A stretch of DNA of 64,000 bases, taken from the NCBI GenBank assembly GCA_963785305.1, contig CAWAUV010000001.1, positions 128,001-192,000 of the forward strand, in the 5' to 3' direction. This stretch comes from an uncultured Planctomycetaceae bacterium. GTDB taxonomy: Bacteria > Planctomycetota > Planctomycetia > Pirellulales > PALSA-1355. The translations under genes were made by a program, and so were the position numbers. The notes beneath the pieces are model-generated. The model saw only the letters and a list, made by a program, of their open reading frames with translations. It was not told the origin of the DNA and ran no database searches. Position 1 is the stretch's first letter. Each line of letters opens with the position of its first letter. This document shows, one piece after another, positions 41,101 through 54,382 of the stretch.

Positions 41101-44100
41101 GGAGCCGGGCGTCCATGTGCCTTCTTGCGGCGACACGGTGATCGTGTCGTCGGGCCCGATGCCCATGCCGTTGGCGTTGCGCAGGCCGGTGGCGAAAACC
41201 GAGATACTGCCGCCGCTGGGGGCCACGCGCAGCAGCGATCCATCGTGAGAGCTCGCGCCGCGACTGTCTCCGCGGAGGTAATAGAAGGCGCCTTTCGAGT
41301 CGGTTTCGAGGCAGGTGGCGAACTCGTGGCCGTTTTGCGTGACTTCGCCATCGTTGTTGAAGTTTTCGTAGAAGTCGGTTTCGCCATCGTGGTTGAAATC
41401 ATGGAGACGCGTGATCTGATCGCGGCCGAGCACATAGATCTCGCCGTTGAGAATCTTGAGTCCCAACGGCTGAAAGAGCCCGGTGGCCATGCGCTTCCAA
41501 GTGACGTGGCCCAGCGTGGCGTCGATGCCGCGCACCAGCCAGACATCGCCATGGGCGGTCGAGACCGCGGCGTCGCCATTGGGAAAAAAGTCGTGGCCGC
41601 CGAGAAACATGAGCGCATGATGGGGATTGTCAAACGGCACACTGATCGTGTCGACCACATAAGCGGCCGTCGATTGCGACACGCTGCCGGTCGTGGCAAG
41701 CGGCGCGCCCCAGCGCGGGCCGCCGGGCAAACAAAAACCTCGCAAGTCTTCCGGCGCCGGACTTGCCGCCACGAGGGCGCGAAACGCCGCCAAACTTTCG
41801 CGTGGTCCCGACCACAGGAGCAGTTTTTGACTCGCCCGCTCCAGCGGACGAGCAAACGTCGAGAGCACGATCCGCGAATGGTTCGAGACCATCAAACGCG
41901 CGTCCGCCGGGCCAATGAGCGCGACCGCCGTGGTTGGTCCCGAGGGGTCTTTTGGTTCGATCAACGCCACGCCATCGACGATCCGGACAACATCTTCGGA
42001 CCGATCCGTTTCGCAAACCAACATCTCCAGGTCGGTCGCCGCCGGCGCCGCGGCATTGGCCGGGCCACCAGTGATTTCGAGCGTGCGGCAGTGATCGCCC
42101 GCTGGTCGCCATGGGTTTCGAGCCACGGCGACTCCAAAACGCTCGCGCGGCCCACGCGATAAGCCAACGTGACTCGGCGGTCGTGCAAATAAAGCCCCTC
42201 GTAATGCGCCCAATCCTTTGGCAGCGGGCCAGCCTTGGCGCCTCGCGGATTGTCGAACACTCCATTGCGCCCCATCCCGGGCGATGGGCCGCGTGAAACA
42301 GAATCTCGCCATCGACTTCCGCCGGACGCAGCAGGCCGTGGCGAAATCCGTTGAACTTCAAGAACTTGCCGCGCCAGCCGCAGCTCATGCGCAGGAGATC
42401 GTTGTCGTAGGCCACGGCCGCTTCGTTGTGATCGCCCAGTCGAATCGCGATACCTTTGACCGCGACGTCTTCGTGGCCCTGAATCATGCCGCTAAAAAAC
42501 GGCCCGGTGTCGGTCAGATTGAGCCGATCGTCTTGGCTGTCGGCCTCTTTCCAGAGCGTGGCGCGGTCGTTGAGTTTCTCGGCCTTGTGAACCGGGGCCG
42601 CGGCCAGGGCGCGATGCACGACATCGAAATAGCGTCCCGAATCGCTCGTATCGAAACGCCAGAGGGCGACCGTTTGCGGATCGACCGCGAAAGGAACCTT
42701 GGGCGCTCGACCGATCACGCGCGCAATGCTGCTGAAGCGGAGATCGTCGAGACGGCCTTGGCAGCGGATCGCGCCCGGCGGATAGCCGCCGATCCACAGG
42801 GGCCCCACTTCGCCCGCGGGGCGCGCGCGACGCAGCGCGGCCTCGGCGGTCGGTCGGGCGTCGACATGGAGCCGCGCGCGGCTGCCGTCGAAGGTCATGG
42901 CCAAATAATGCCACTGGCCGTCGGTGATCGAGGTTTCGCTGTTCACATGATCGGGCGCATAGCCGGGCAGATAGGCCGCCAGTCGTCCACTTCGCGGCAT
43001 GGTGAAAAGCTCCCAGTGCTCGGCCGAATCCTTGGAGCTTTGGGCGACGAGCACATTGTAATGCTCGGCGGAATCGAGTCGCGCCGAAAGCTCGACCGTG
43101 AACGGCGCGGCGGCGTATGCGGCGTTGGGTTTGACTTCGAGCGGACCGGCGGTGGCGTCGAGCGATGCGTGAAATGGTTCGCCGACGGTGTTCGCCGCGA
43201 TCGGTTTGGCCGCGATCGGTTTGGCCGGCTCGGCTTGCCGGGGCGGCGTCGCTTTTTCAGAGGCCGCCGACTTTTCGGCCAGGGGCGCCGCCACTCCGGT
43301 TTCGGCGCCCGCGGCCCAGATCACGCCGCGCAAGGTGAGCTGCGCCGCGCCGGGCGATGTCAATGCGGCGGCGTCGTGGCCCAAGAGCGATTGAAACACG
43401 CGGCCATTGCCTTGGCGATGCGCCAGTGCGATCGGCTCGTCGTGGCCCGTGACTTTCGAATGGGCCGTGGCTAGCACCTCCGCCGGAGCGGCGCCTTGTT
43501 GGCGATAGTACAGCTCATCGGTCGTGTCGAAGGCCCGCATGCCGCGCGTGATCGGATGCGTCGCGGGCGCGATCTCGACTCGAAAGGGGCCGTGGGCGTC
43601 GTGTCCGCTGCGCATCGCATGGGTCGCGGGATCGATCGAATGATCCCACACCCGCGGACAGATTTTTTCGCGCCACTCGGGCCAGTCGGATTCGGCGGCA
43701 TTGGGCAGCGAGAAATGGAAGGCGCCATTGGCGAAGTGAATGATCGCGAGCCCGCCGCCGCGCTTGAGATAGCGAATCAAGTTCGCCTTGGCCGCGTCGC
43801 TGGGCCCCGGCCGCTCCCAATTACAATAGTTGAGCACCACGACGCCATGGTGTTCGAGCTCGGGACGCGCCAAAAACTCGATATCTTGCTGGACGCTCGT
43901 GGCAAATCGCGGATCGGCGGCGAGCGCGGCTTCGAGCGCGGGCGTCGTTTCACGCCACCGATGGCCCGGACGTTGATGCCCGGTGACGATTACGGCCCGA
44001 ATTTTGGCTTTTTCGTCGGGGAGCGCCGAGTCGACGCCGCCGGGCGGCACGTCGGCGCCGGCGACCCAGACAATCGCATTGAGGAGCAAGCGGCGCAAGG

Positions 44101-44965
44101 CCGAATTGCTCCAGTTGGCCAAGGCATGGCCGCCGGTAAACCCAAAGCCGCGGCCATGGTCTTCGCGCTCCACGGCCCAGGCCACCGCATAGTCGTCGCT
44201 TTCGCCGGGAGGACGGGTCGTGAGAATCGATGTGCGCCGCGAGTCGTTGTCGCGGAAGCGAATGTTGTAATAAAACTCGTCGGCGATCTCGAAAGGTTCG
44301 ACACCCCGCGAGATTGGGTGATCGGCCGCCGGCTTTAGCGCCGCCTTCCAGTGCTTGATCTTGGAAAACCAGCCGTTGGCTTGCGGGCCGCTCTGATAGT
44401 CGAAGTATCCGCCGATCCAGTCGAGCGCCCGCGGCCCGACGCGCGCCGGCAGAAACGTGCTGTAGTGAATCGTGGCGATTCCGCAACCGCGGCGCATTTG
44501 CCGCTCGACTCGGGCCAGATGATTGCCCACGACGAGCGGATGATTCGATTCGACATGATCCGCGCCGCTGGTCACGAACACGATCGCGTCGGCCGCGTCG
44601 AGCGTCGAATCGTCTTCGGGCCAACCGGCCGAATATGTTTCAATGGCCAGCCCGGCGGGGTTCGCGGCTTTGAGATTCGGCGAATCATCGAGACATTGCT
44701 GGATGAGTCGCGTCGCGGCGGCGTATTCATGCGCCGCGGGCGGATGGCCATCGGGCGGGCCGCCGATGAGCACGATCTTTTTGGGCGCTGGCGCCTCGGC
44801 TAGCGTGGCGCCGGCTCCCAGCACGAACATCAACAACGGCGGAACCACCGACGCCAGCGCGGCAGGCGCCCACGCCCGAAAGTCGCGACTCGATCGGGGA
44901 TTCGGCGCCGGGCCAGCGCCAGCGATGCAACACGATAGGGCGGCGATCGGCAAACGGTGGGACAC
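38179..44965 (-). CDS. Giant secreted multidomain protein: 2x ThuA-like, LamG, DUF6797-like, beta-propeller, PA14-like, five c-type heme sites (frameshifts around 42090-42290)
   Basis: ORFs 41630..44965 and 38179..42312 join through a short bridging frame; ThuA motifs (HPI.RG...F...DE.YY, GFTGGH), [34 protein letters not shown]. Confidence 0.8.
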
Positions 44966-45509
44966 GGGTTTGAATCCTGCGATGGGAGAGAGAGGCGAGG
45001 CGCTGGCAGCGACACTTTCGGTGGGGCCATCATAACGAGGAGCGCTCGAAGGCAGGGGTCATTGTAAATATGTGGCGCCCGCGGAGCGAAATCTTTTTGG
45101 CGCGGCCTCGGTTCGAATGCCGAACCGCGGCTTCACCGGGGGGAAGCGTCACTGCGTCTTCGCATTTTGCAAAGTGACCTCGCGGCGCCGGTGGGCGCCT
45201 CGAAGGGGTCTTTCGGTCCGTGACCCCACATACAATCCGAACACTGCATTAGAAAACCTGGAGTTGTCGCCGGCGGAAAACCGCAATGTTTTTATTAGGC
45301 CGAAGTTGTTTTTTCTTTTTTTTGGGCGGGAGCCTATATTTTTTTTCATCGGTAAAGAGCTTTTGCAAAATGACTTAAGGCGACCACCCCCCACATGGAT
45401 ATCAGCGACTCCGCTTGACTCCCCGCTAGATGAAGCGACAATAAGCATACACGAACTGGCCATTGGCTCGGAACACTCCGCTTCGCGCAAGACGCCGTGC
45501 AAAGCAGAG

Positions 45510-45678
45510 GGCCGATAGCAAGTTCGGGTAAGCTCGCAAAACGTCGGATTCTGCCTCGGCGAGTCGGGCGAATTGCGGAGTTGGCCTTCCCCAGGTAGCC
45601 AGGCGTCGCCACCGCCCGAAACACTTAGCGTTTATAGACGGTGATGCATCGAGCAGGTTGCGAACTTGCTTGGATGGC
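45510..45678 (-). ncRNA. Candidate 6S-RNA-like rod with central bubble
   Basis: Nested complementary blocks: AGCAAGTTCG 45517-26/CGAACTTGCT 45661-70; GCTCG/CGAGC; CGTC/GACG; unpaired bubble; TCGGGCG 45564-70/CGCCCGA 45613-19; TGGC/GCCA. Strand inferred. Confidence 0.5.
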
Positions 45679-45950
45679 GCGATCGCTCCGTAAGGCGGTC
45701 TGCAAGATCGAGGGACGTGGCGGTTTTCGTCGCTCGAGCGCCAAGAAATTGGGGATGCGTTTTTAATTAGAGGCCCTGCGATCTCGGAAAAGTCGGCCGG
45801 AGACGGAATCATCGTTTGCTTGAAGAGCGCATGCGGCAGTTCGCGGAATCGCGAATTGTCTCGCGTGTTCCTCCGCTCGAGCGAAAGGCCTGATTGCGTC
45901 GCGCTTGGCGGCTTTTCCGAGGATTGGCCGGAATCACGGGAGTTGTTTGC

Positions 45951-47045
45951 ATGAAGACCATGAAAGTCGCCTCGGTCGAGGACTACAAGATCGTCAGCAG
46001 TTTCCAAACGCTGCGCAAGACACTTCTCGAAGACAAATTCGCTGATCGGTTGGAAAAGCCGCTCGCCTATTGGGCGATGCCCAACGATCGCCGGCTGCCG
46101 CTGGCGTTTCTCGGCCGCACGATCAAGGACCTGCTCGACACGCCGTTCGACGAACTCTCGGCCACGCCCGGGATTGGACAGAAGAAAATCAGTTGCCTCG
46201 TGAAGCTGCTTTCGAGAGCGACCAAGGACCATCCGCCGGTGGCGCCGTTTGGCCCGCATGAGTCCGTCGAACCGAAACCCCGGCCCGAGCGTCCGAAGGC
46301 CGACGCGGAGTTCGATCCGGCGATTGTTTCGGAAGCGCTCTGGACCGAATGGCGCGGTGCGATCGAGCGACATGGGCTCGGCCGCGAGAAGCTCGGCCGG
46401 CTGGCGCCCACGCTGCAAGCCCTGCCCACGGTGATCTGGCACACGCCGCTCGAGTTTTATCTGGGCCTGAGTGTCTCCGAAATTCGGCGCCTCAAGACCC
46501 ACGGTGAAAAGCGGGTTCGGGTCGTGCTCGAAGTGTTTCATATTCTGTTCGATATGTTCCGCGACGCGCCGGCCAATCCGCGGCTCAAGCTGCGGCCGAC
46601 TCCGTCGTTCATCGAGCCGGTCGACGCCTGGATGCAGAGCGTCGTCTCGCGGGGCGAGATTCCGACTCCCGACGAAGTGCGCGAGCAGCTTGCAATGCCG
46701 CTTTTGGCGCAGCTCAAGATCGACGCCGGCGACAACATCTTCTCGCTCAGCGAATCGCGGCTTGGCATCCATGGCGCGCCGCAGAGCGTTCGCCGTCAGG
46801 CCAAGGAGCTCGGCATCACGCGAGCCCGCGTGTATCAACTGCTCGAGGATTGCTCGCGCGTGATGGCGGTGCGCTGGCCCGAGGGAAACTATCTCTCGGC
46901 GGCGCTCTCGGCCAAGCTCAAAGCCATCGCCAAGCCTTCCGACGACATCGCGCTCTGCCGCGCAACGCTCGATTTGTTCTTTCCAGGCAGCAGCCGAGTC
47001 GAGGAAGACCTGAGCGACGACGACGAACCGGAAGCGATTGCCTGA
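45951..47045 (+). CDS. Hypothetical protein with two RNAP alpha-CTD-like (HhH) repeats and a C-terminal sigma70 region-4-like HTH
   Basis: TIKDLLDTPFDELSATPGIGQKKISCLVKLL and LSVSEIRRLKTHGEKRVRVVLEV resemble alpha-CTD; SRLGIHGAPQSVRRQAKELGITRARVYQL resembles sigma r4.2. Confidence 0.75.
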   Translation: MKTMKVASVEDYKIVSSFQTLRKTLLEDKFADRLEKPLAYWAMPNDRRLPLAFLGRTIKDLLDTPFDELSATPGIGQKKISCLVKLLSRATKDHPPVAPFGPHESVEPKPRPERPKADAEFDPAIVSEALWTEWRGAIERHGLGREKLGRLAPTLQALPTVIWHTPLEFYLGLSVSEIRRLKTHGEKRVRVVLEVFHILFDMFRDAPANPRLKLRPTPSFIEPVDAWMQSVVSRGEIPTPDEVREQLAMPLLAQLKIDAGDNIFSLSESRLGIHGAPQSVRRQAKELGITRARVYQLLEDCSRVMAVRWPEGNYLSAALSAKLKAIAKPSDDIALCRATLDLFFPGSSRVEEDLSDDDEPEAIA

Positions 47046-47152
47046 GGGGGCTCGCGCGTGTAGAAAGCAGCCTGTCGACGTTTTCGATCGGCTGCCCAGG
47101 CGCTGGCTCGCGAGCCGCGCCGCGCCGATTTTGGCCCTCGCGAGCGCTATGG

Positions 47153-48575
47153 ATGACCACCGCCACCCCCGACCAGCGCCCGTGCGTGGCGATCATCGGC
47201 GGCGGCTTGGGGGGCCTTGCGGCGGCGGCCGCTTTGAGTCGCACGCGGGCGCGTGTCGTGGTGTTCGAGGCGAGGCGGCATTTTGGCGGACGGGCCACGT
47301 CGTTTCGTGATCCCGATACCGGCCAATTGGTCGATTTCTGCCAGCATGTCTCGATGGGCTGCTGCACCAATCTGGCCGACCTCGCGCGCCGCGCCGGATT
47401 CGACTCCGAGTTTCTGCCGGCGCAAGCTCACATTCATCGGGCCGGCCGGCGAAGTCTGCTGCTTCGCGGCGTCGCGGTGGTTGCCCGCGCCGCTGCATCT
47501 GGCGCCCGGCTTGCAAAAGCTGGCGTATCTGACTCGCGAAGACCGCCGCGCGATCTCGCGAGCGATGTGGCGCTTGATGCGCACTCCACTCGACGACCTT
47601 GCCCAAGGGCCCACGGCCCGGCTGTGGCTCGAGCACCAGGGGCAAAGCGAGCGGGCGATCGAATTATTTTGGAGCGTGGTGCTCGTCAGCGCGCTGGGCG
47701 AGAGCCTCGAGCATGCGTCGATGGCGGCGGCGCGCAAGGTGTTCGTCGATGGCTTTCTCGCCGCGGCCGAAGCCTATGTGGTGCAAACCCCGCAAGCGCC
47801 GCTCGGCGAGCTCATCGGCAAGCGATTGCCGGCCTGGCTCGAGCGCCAAGGCGCGATGCTCCAGGGCGGCGCCGCAATCGAGCGAATCAATGCCGACGCC
47901 GACGGGCGATTTCATATCGATGTCTCGGGCACGACGCGCGGGCCGTTTGATCGCGTCGTGATCGCGACCACATGGCGCCGCGTGGCGGAGCTATTGCCCT
48001 CCGCGTGGCGCGAGCGTTTGCCCTGGCTCGCCGGGCTGGAAAGTTGGCCCGCGGCGCCGATCACGGGCGCGCATCTCTGGTTCGACCGGCCGCTCACCGA
48101 ATTGCCCCACGCGGTGCTTGTCGGCCGGCTCGGGCAATGGCTATTCAACCGCTCGAGCTGCCCAAGGGGCGCCGTCGGCGAGCACTATTATCAAGTGGTC
48201 ATCAGCGCCTCGCGCGACTTGGCCGGTCGCGATCGAGAGGCGGTGGCCCGAGAGCTTTGCGACGAGCTGCGGGCGATCTGGCCGGCGGCGCGCGAAGCGA
48301 AGCTGCTGCGATATCGCATCGTGACGGAGCCGATGGCGGTTTTCTCGGTGCGGCCGGGCAGCACTGCCTTGCGACCCGCGCAGCACACGGCGATTGAAGG
48401 CTTGTTCGTGGCGGGCGATTGGACCGCGACCGGCTGGCCGGCCACGATGGAGGGCGCGGTTCGCGGCGGCTATCTCGCCGCCGAAGGCGTCGCGGCGTCG
48501 CTCGGCGAGCCACGACGATTCCTTCAGCCCGACTTGCGGCGTTCGTGGCTCGCGAGGTTGCTTATTCGCGAGTAA
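47153..48575 (+). CDS. hpnE: Hydroxysqualene dehydroxylase, FAD-dependent (frameshift near 47415)
   Basis: IIGGGLGGLAAA, GGRATSF.DP, D.CQHVSMGCCTN, AGDWTATGWPATMEGAVRGG. Confidence 0.85.
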
Positions 48576-48628
48576 CGAGATATTCAGGGGCGGACTTTCG
48601 CGAGCTCGTGCGTCGCCAGTGGCAAATC

Positions 48629-49847
48629 TCAGGAGGCTTGCCGCAGTTGGCGCTTGAGCTTCTTACGCTCGGCGCGAGTGAGTCCGCCGCTGTCGCCGGT
48701 GTCGTCGTCATTGTCGTTTTGCGATTCGCGGCGAGCGGGGGCGAGCGGCTTGGGCGGCTGGCATCGGGCGCATCGGCGCACGAATGGCCTTCGGAACGAG
48801 AAGCGGCTTCCGATCGCGCCGCAACCGCGGGACGGACCGCCACCGAGGGGCGGGCCGCCAGCTTCGAGCTTTCGAGGTCGCTACGCGAATGCGCCGCGAC
48901 CCGAGGCTTGTCGTTCGGTTCGCTTGCCGTGGAAGCGGGTTTCTTGTCGCTTGCCTCGTCGGCCTCGCTCTCGACTTTCGCGCGTCGCTTGGCCTTGGGC
49001 TTCGACTCGGATTTCGGCGATCGCTGTTTTAATCGCCCCTCGGCGTCGAGAATCACGTGGCGCGCATAGATCGCGACGCCGCTGAGCAGTAGCAAGTGCC
49101 CAAGCATGCGCAGTCCGCAAATCAGCATCACCGATCGCTCGGCGTCTTGCGTCGGCACAAGCCAAACGGCGAGCCATGGTCCGGCAATGAGCGTGGTCGA
49201 GGACAGCGCGAGCGGGATCGTGGCGCCGAATGAACGGCGGGTTTCGATCAGCATTCTTCCGGCGACGACGCCCAGCAACAGGCGATGCCCCAGGTCCACC
49301 AGCGGGGATGCTCCAAACCGGTCCATTGGCCGACGAGCCGTGCGATTCCGGCGCCGAGCGGATCGAGCGGCGCCGCTTCGTGCATGCTCAAGAGAACCGC
49401 CACAAACACCAACCCGCGCCACACGCGATATCGCCCCTGATAGTCATCGAGCCGATGGCTTCGCAAGCGATAGATAAGCAGTCCCAAACCCGCGGTGGCC
49501 CCGAGCCATACCGAAGATACCCAACGCGCCAAGCTCGCCGGACCGGACAAGTCGAGTGCGCCGAGGCTTTCGGGTCCCAAGTGGGGCTTCAACTCGGGCG
49601 AGTACAGAAACGCGACTTCCAGCGCCGCGATCGTTGCGAGGCCGGCCAGCCAGATCATGGCGTGCCCGAGCGCCGAAAGGGGCGCGAGGTCCACGATATG
49701 CGGCTGCTCATGGCGTTTGGCCGCCTGAGCGTAGGCTTCGCCACTGATGGCGCCGCCAGGGCGCTCGGAGTTTGCCTCGGGCGCATCGGCGCCGTTGAGC
49801 GCCTCGTCCGCAATAACCCGCCGCCGACGATCGTGCCGAAAAGCCAT
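48629..49847 (-). CDS. Hypothetical multi-pass membrane protein with charged tail (at least two frameshifts)
   Basis: Starts MAFRHDRRRR; RSHRLDDYQGRYRVW; ends ...DDDTGDSGGLTRAERKKLKRQLRQAS* in a third frame. Confidence 0.6.
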
Positions 49848-50051
49848 CGAAGATTTGCCCGCCTGGGTGAATTGTCGAAGCGCATGGCCGCTGGCGCGCG
49901 GACGGCGATCGCTCGCAATGCAAACGCCGCCTGTGACGAATTCGGCATTCCGGGCCGGCCGGCTGCACTGCCGTTTTTCACGATTGCGACGCGGCAATTC
50001 AGGAAGACTTTGCCGGCGGCGAATCGCGTGGCGATCCATGTGCCCGGCGTC

Positions 50052-51536
50052 TCAAAGGGTCTTCAGATATTCGAGCAGCGAATCTTTTTCGCCATCGCTG
50101 AGTCCCTCGGCGAACGGATGGCCCGCGGCGCTCTTGCCGAATAGTCGCGTGTCGAAATACCAGCGCCGCTCGGCGGGCACGTCGAGCGCGGCGGCCGGTC
50201 GATCGCTGAAGGCCATGATTTCGAGTCCGACTCGCTGGCGATCGTAGCCGTCGGGCGTGCGTTTCCACACGGTCGGCCGATCGTCGGGATGCAGCACATG
50301 CCAGAGCGTGGGCACGGCGCCGTTGTGAAAATACGGCGCGGTGGCCCAAACTCCATCCAAGGGCGGCGCTATATAACCGCCAGGCTCGAGCACCACGGAC
50401 TCGCCCCGGTAGTTGTTGAACCAGCTTTTGGCATAGTTCTGGCGATGCTCGCGCGAGAGCGCGGTCGACCGCACCGGATCGGTTCCCACTTCGGCCAGCG
50501 GCACGCGTTTCTCTGGATAACCGCCGCCCGGGCCATAGGTTCCATGACATTCGGCGCATTGCCGATTGAAAACGAGTTGACCACTCGCCGCGAGCTTGCG
50601 ATCGACATCGAATGGATACGCCGGCGGCCGCAGCGATTCGATCCATGCCTCGACCGCCTTGAAATCATCTTCCCAGGAGCGGAACTGCGCGGGCCCGTTT
50701 TCCTTGATCAACATGAATTGCATCAGCGCGCGATGGTTTTTATCGGCGAAGTTGTCGATATAGAGTCGCTGCTTGCGATGCATTTGCCACCAAGCGGGCG
50801 CATCGTGGTCATGGTGAATCATCTTGGGGGGCAAGAGCACATTGAGCACATTCAAATCCGGATCGCGGCGGGCCATGAGCGCCACGCCGAAGTTCACGGC
50901 GTTCGTCGCGCCGATCGTGGTTCCAAGCGGCATGAACATGCCGCCGACTTCCATGCGCGACGCTTTCTTCCCCAGCTTGATCTTGGTCTCGCGCACATCG
51001 TCGGTGAGTGTTTCGAGCGCATAAAGCGAGTTGGCCACGCCCGGAATCACGCGGCCGGCCACTTTGCCCTGATGGCACGCGAGACAATTCATCGTCCAGA
51101 GGCCGTTGGAGTCGACGACATATTGTTGCGGCCGACCGGGATCGCTCGCCGGATCGCCCGAATCATGGCGCCCGGTGAGCCCGTAGCGCGCGAACGCCAA
51201 GCGGCGGCGGCGGGCCACGCTTGCTTTTTCGGCCTCGGAGCGGAGCGGCTCTTCCCAGACTTGCCACAGGGCGTCGAAGGTTTCTTGGTCGAAGTCGGGC
51301 GAGAGATAGGGCTTGGTCGTGAGCAGTTCGTAACCGCGATGGGCAAACGCCGGATCGAGCGGCCCGGCTTTCTTCGCGGCGGCGGCGCGGTCCGATTCGG
51401 CGGAGGATTTTGAATTCAATTCCGTCGCATGGGCGAAGGAAGCGCTCCCGCATGTGAACGCCGCGAGCATCGCGGCAGCTAGCACTCGCCGCGTTTGTCG
51501 TCGCCGGGCGCCAGCATGCCCTTTCGATGATTGCAC
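50052..51536 (-). CDS. Secreted di-heme c-type cytochrome (RoxA / cytochrome c peroxidase-MauG-like)
   Basis: Signal peptide; CLACH and CAECH; WATAPYFHNGAVPTL; LLEYLKTL end. Confidence 0.85.
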   Translation of the reverse strand: MQSSKGHAGARRRQTRRVLAAAMLAAFTCGSASFAHATELNSKSSAESDRAAAAKKAGPLDPAFAHRGYELLTTKPYLSPDFDQETFDALWQVWEEPLRSEAEKASVARRRRLAFARYGLTGRHDSGDPASDPGRPQQYVVDSNGLWTMNCLACHQGKVAGRVIPGVANSLYALETLTDDVRETKIKLGKKASRMEVGGMFMPLGTTIGATNAVNFGVALMARRDPDLNVLNVLLPPKMIHHDHDAPAWWQMHRKQRLYIDNFADKNHRALMQFMLIKENGPAQFRSWEDDFKAVEAWIESLRPPAYPFDVDRKLAASGQLVFNRQCAECHGTYGPGGGYPEKRVPLAEVGTDPVRSTALSREHRQNYAKSWFNNYRGESVVLEPGGYIAPPLDGVWATAPYFHNGAVPTLWHVLHPDDRPTVWKRTPDGYDRQRVGLEIMAFSDRPAAALDVPAERRWYFDTRLFGKSAAGHPFAEGLSDGEKDSLLEYLKTL

Positions 51537-51850
51537 ATTGCCCTCCCACGCGTTGGCATCGCTTCGCCAAGTTGTTTCACGAGAAGTGTAGGCCGAGGAC
51601 TCGCAAGTGACAATGGCCCTCGGCGCGTCGGAGGCCACTGGCGACTGACAGGCCGCGGACGGTTGGCCAAGGCGTCGAGCGCGTCGCGAATCACGAAAAA
51701 AAATTTGATCGGCCTCGCGGCGTCGGGCGTCCGTTGAATTTGTGAATGCGGCTCCAGCGGTTATCTTGGGAGCGTGGGTCATCTGCTTGCCCGAACTTCG
51801 CCCCGCGCGTCTCTCGTTTTGTTTCATTCCTCGCACACTCCGGATTGCCC

Positions 51851-53941
<2,091 letters not shown>

Positions 53942-53972
53942 TCGTCGCGCGTAAATTCCCACGCGGCGCGGG

Positions 53973-54365
53973 CTATTCCTTGTCGGCCCGATCGAGCGAG
54001 GGCGCCAATCGCTCGGCGCGCTCGAGGAGCGCCTCGAGACGTTCTGATTGTTGGCGGGCTTCGAGCACAAGCCGCTGGACGATGGCGATCTTGGTGTTGA
54101 GCTCGCCCATCAAATCGCGCGAGGTCTCGAGCACTTGCACTTCGAGCGCGGCATAAGGCGTCGGCTGACCAGGGCGAAAATCGGCTCCCGTTTCTTTCAA
54201 CGCGTCGGACGAGCAAGCATCGGCCCGACGACGCCGGCGCCGCCAGCGCAGCGCCATGACGACCACGAGCGCCAGTCCCGCCATGAAGAGCGCCTGCGGC
54301 GCGATCTCGGCCACGAGCGGCTCGAGGACCGGCAATCGGATTTCGTCAAGCATGCCCCCCTCCAC
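53973..54365 (-). CDS. Small hypothetical membrane protein with coiled-coil tail
   Basis: One TM followed by WRRRRR and LEVQVLETSRDLMGELNTKI; co-directional after larC. Confidence 0.55.
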   Translation of the reverse strand: MEGGMLDEIRLPVLEPLVAEIAPQALFMAGLALVVVMALRWRRRRRRADACSSDALKETGADFRPGQPTPYAALEVQVLETSRDLMGELNTKIAIVQRLVLEARQQSERLEALLERAERLAPSLDRADKE

Positions 54366-54382
54366 ATCATCGCGCCGCGGCG

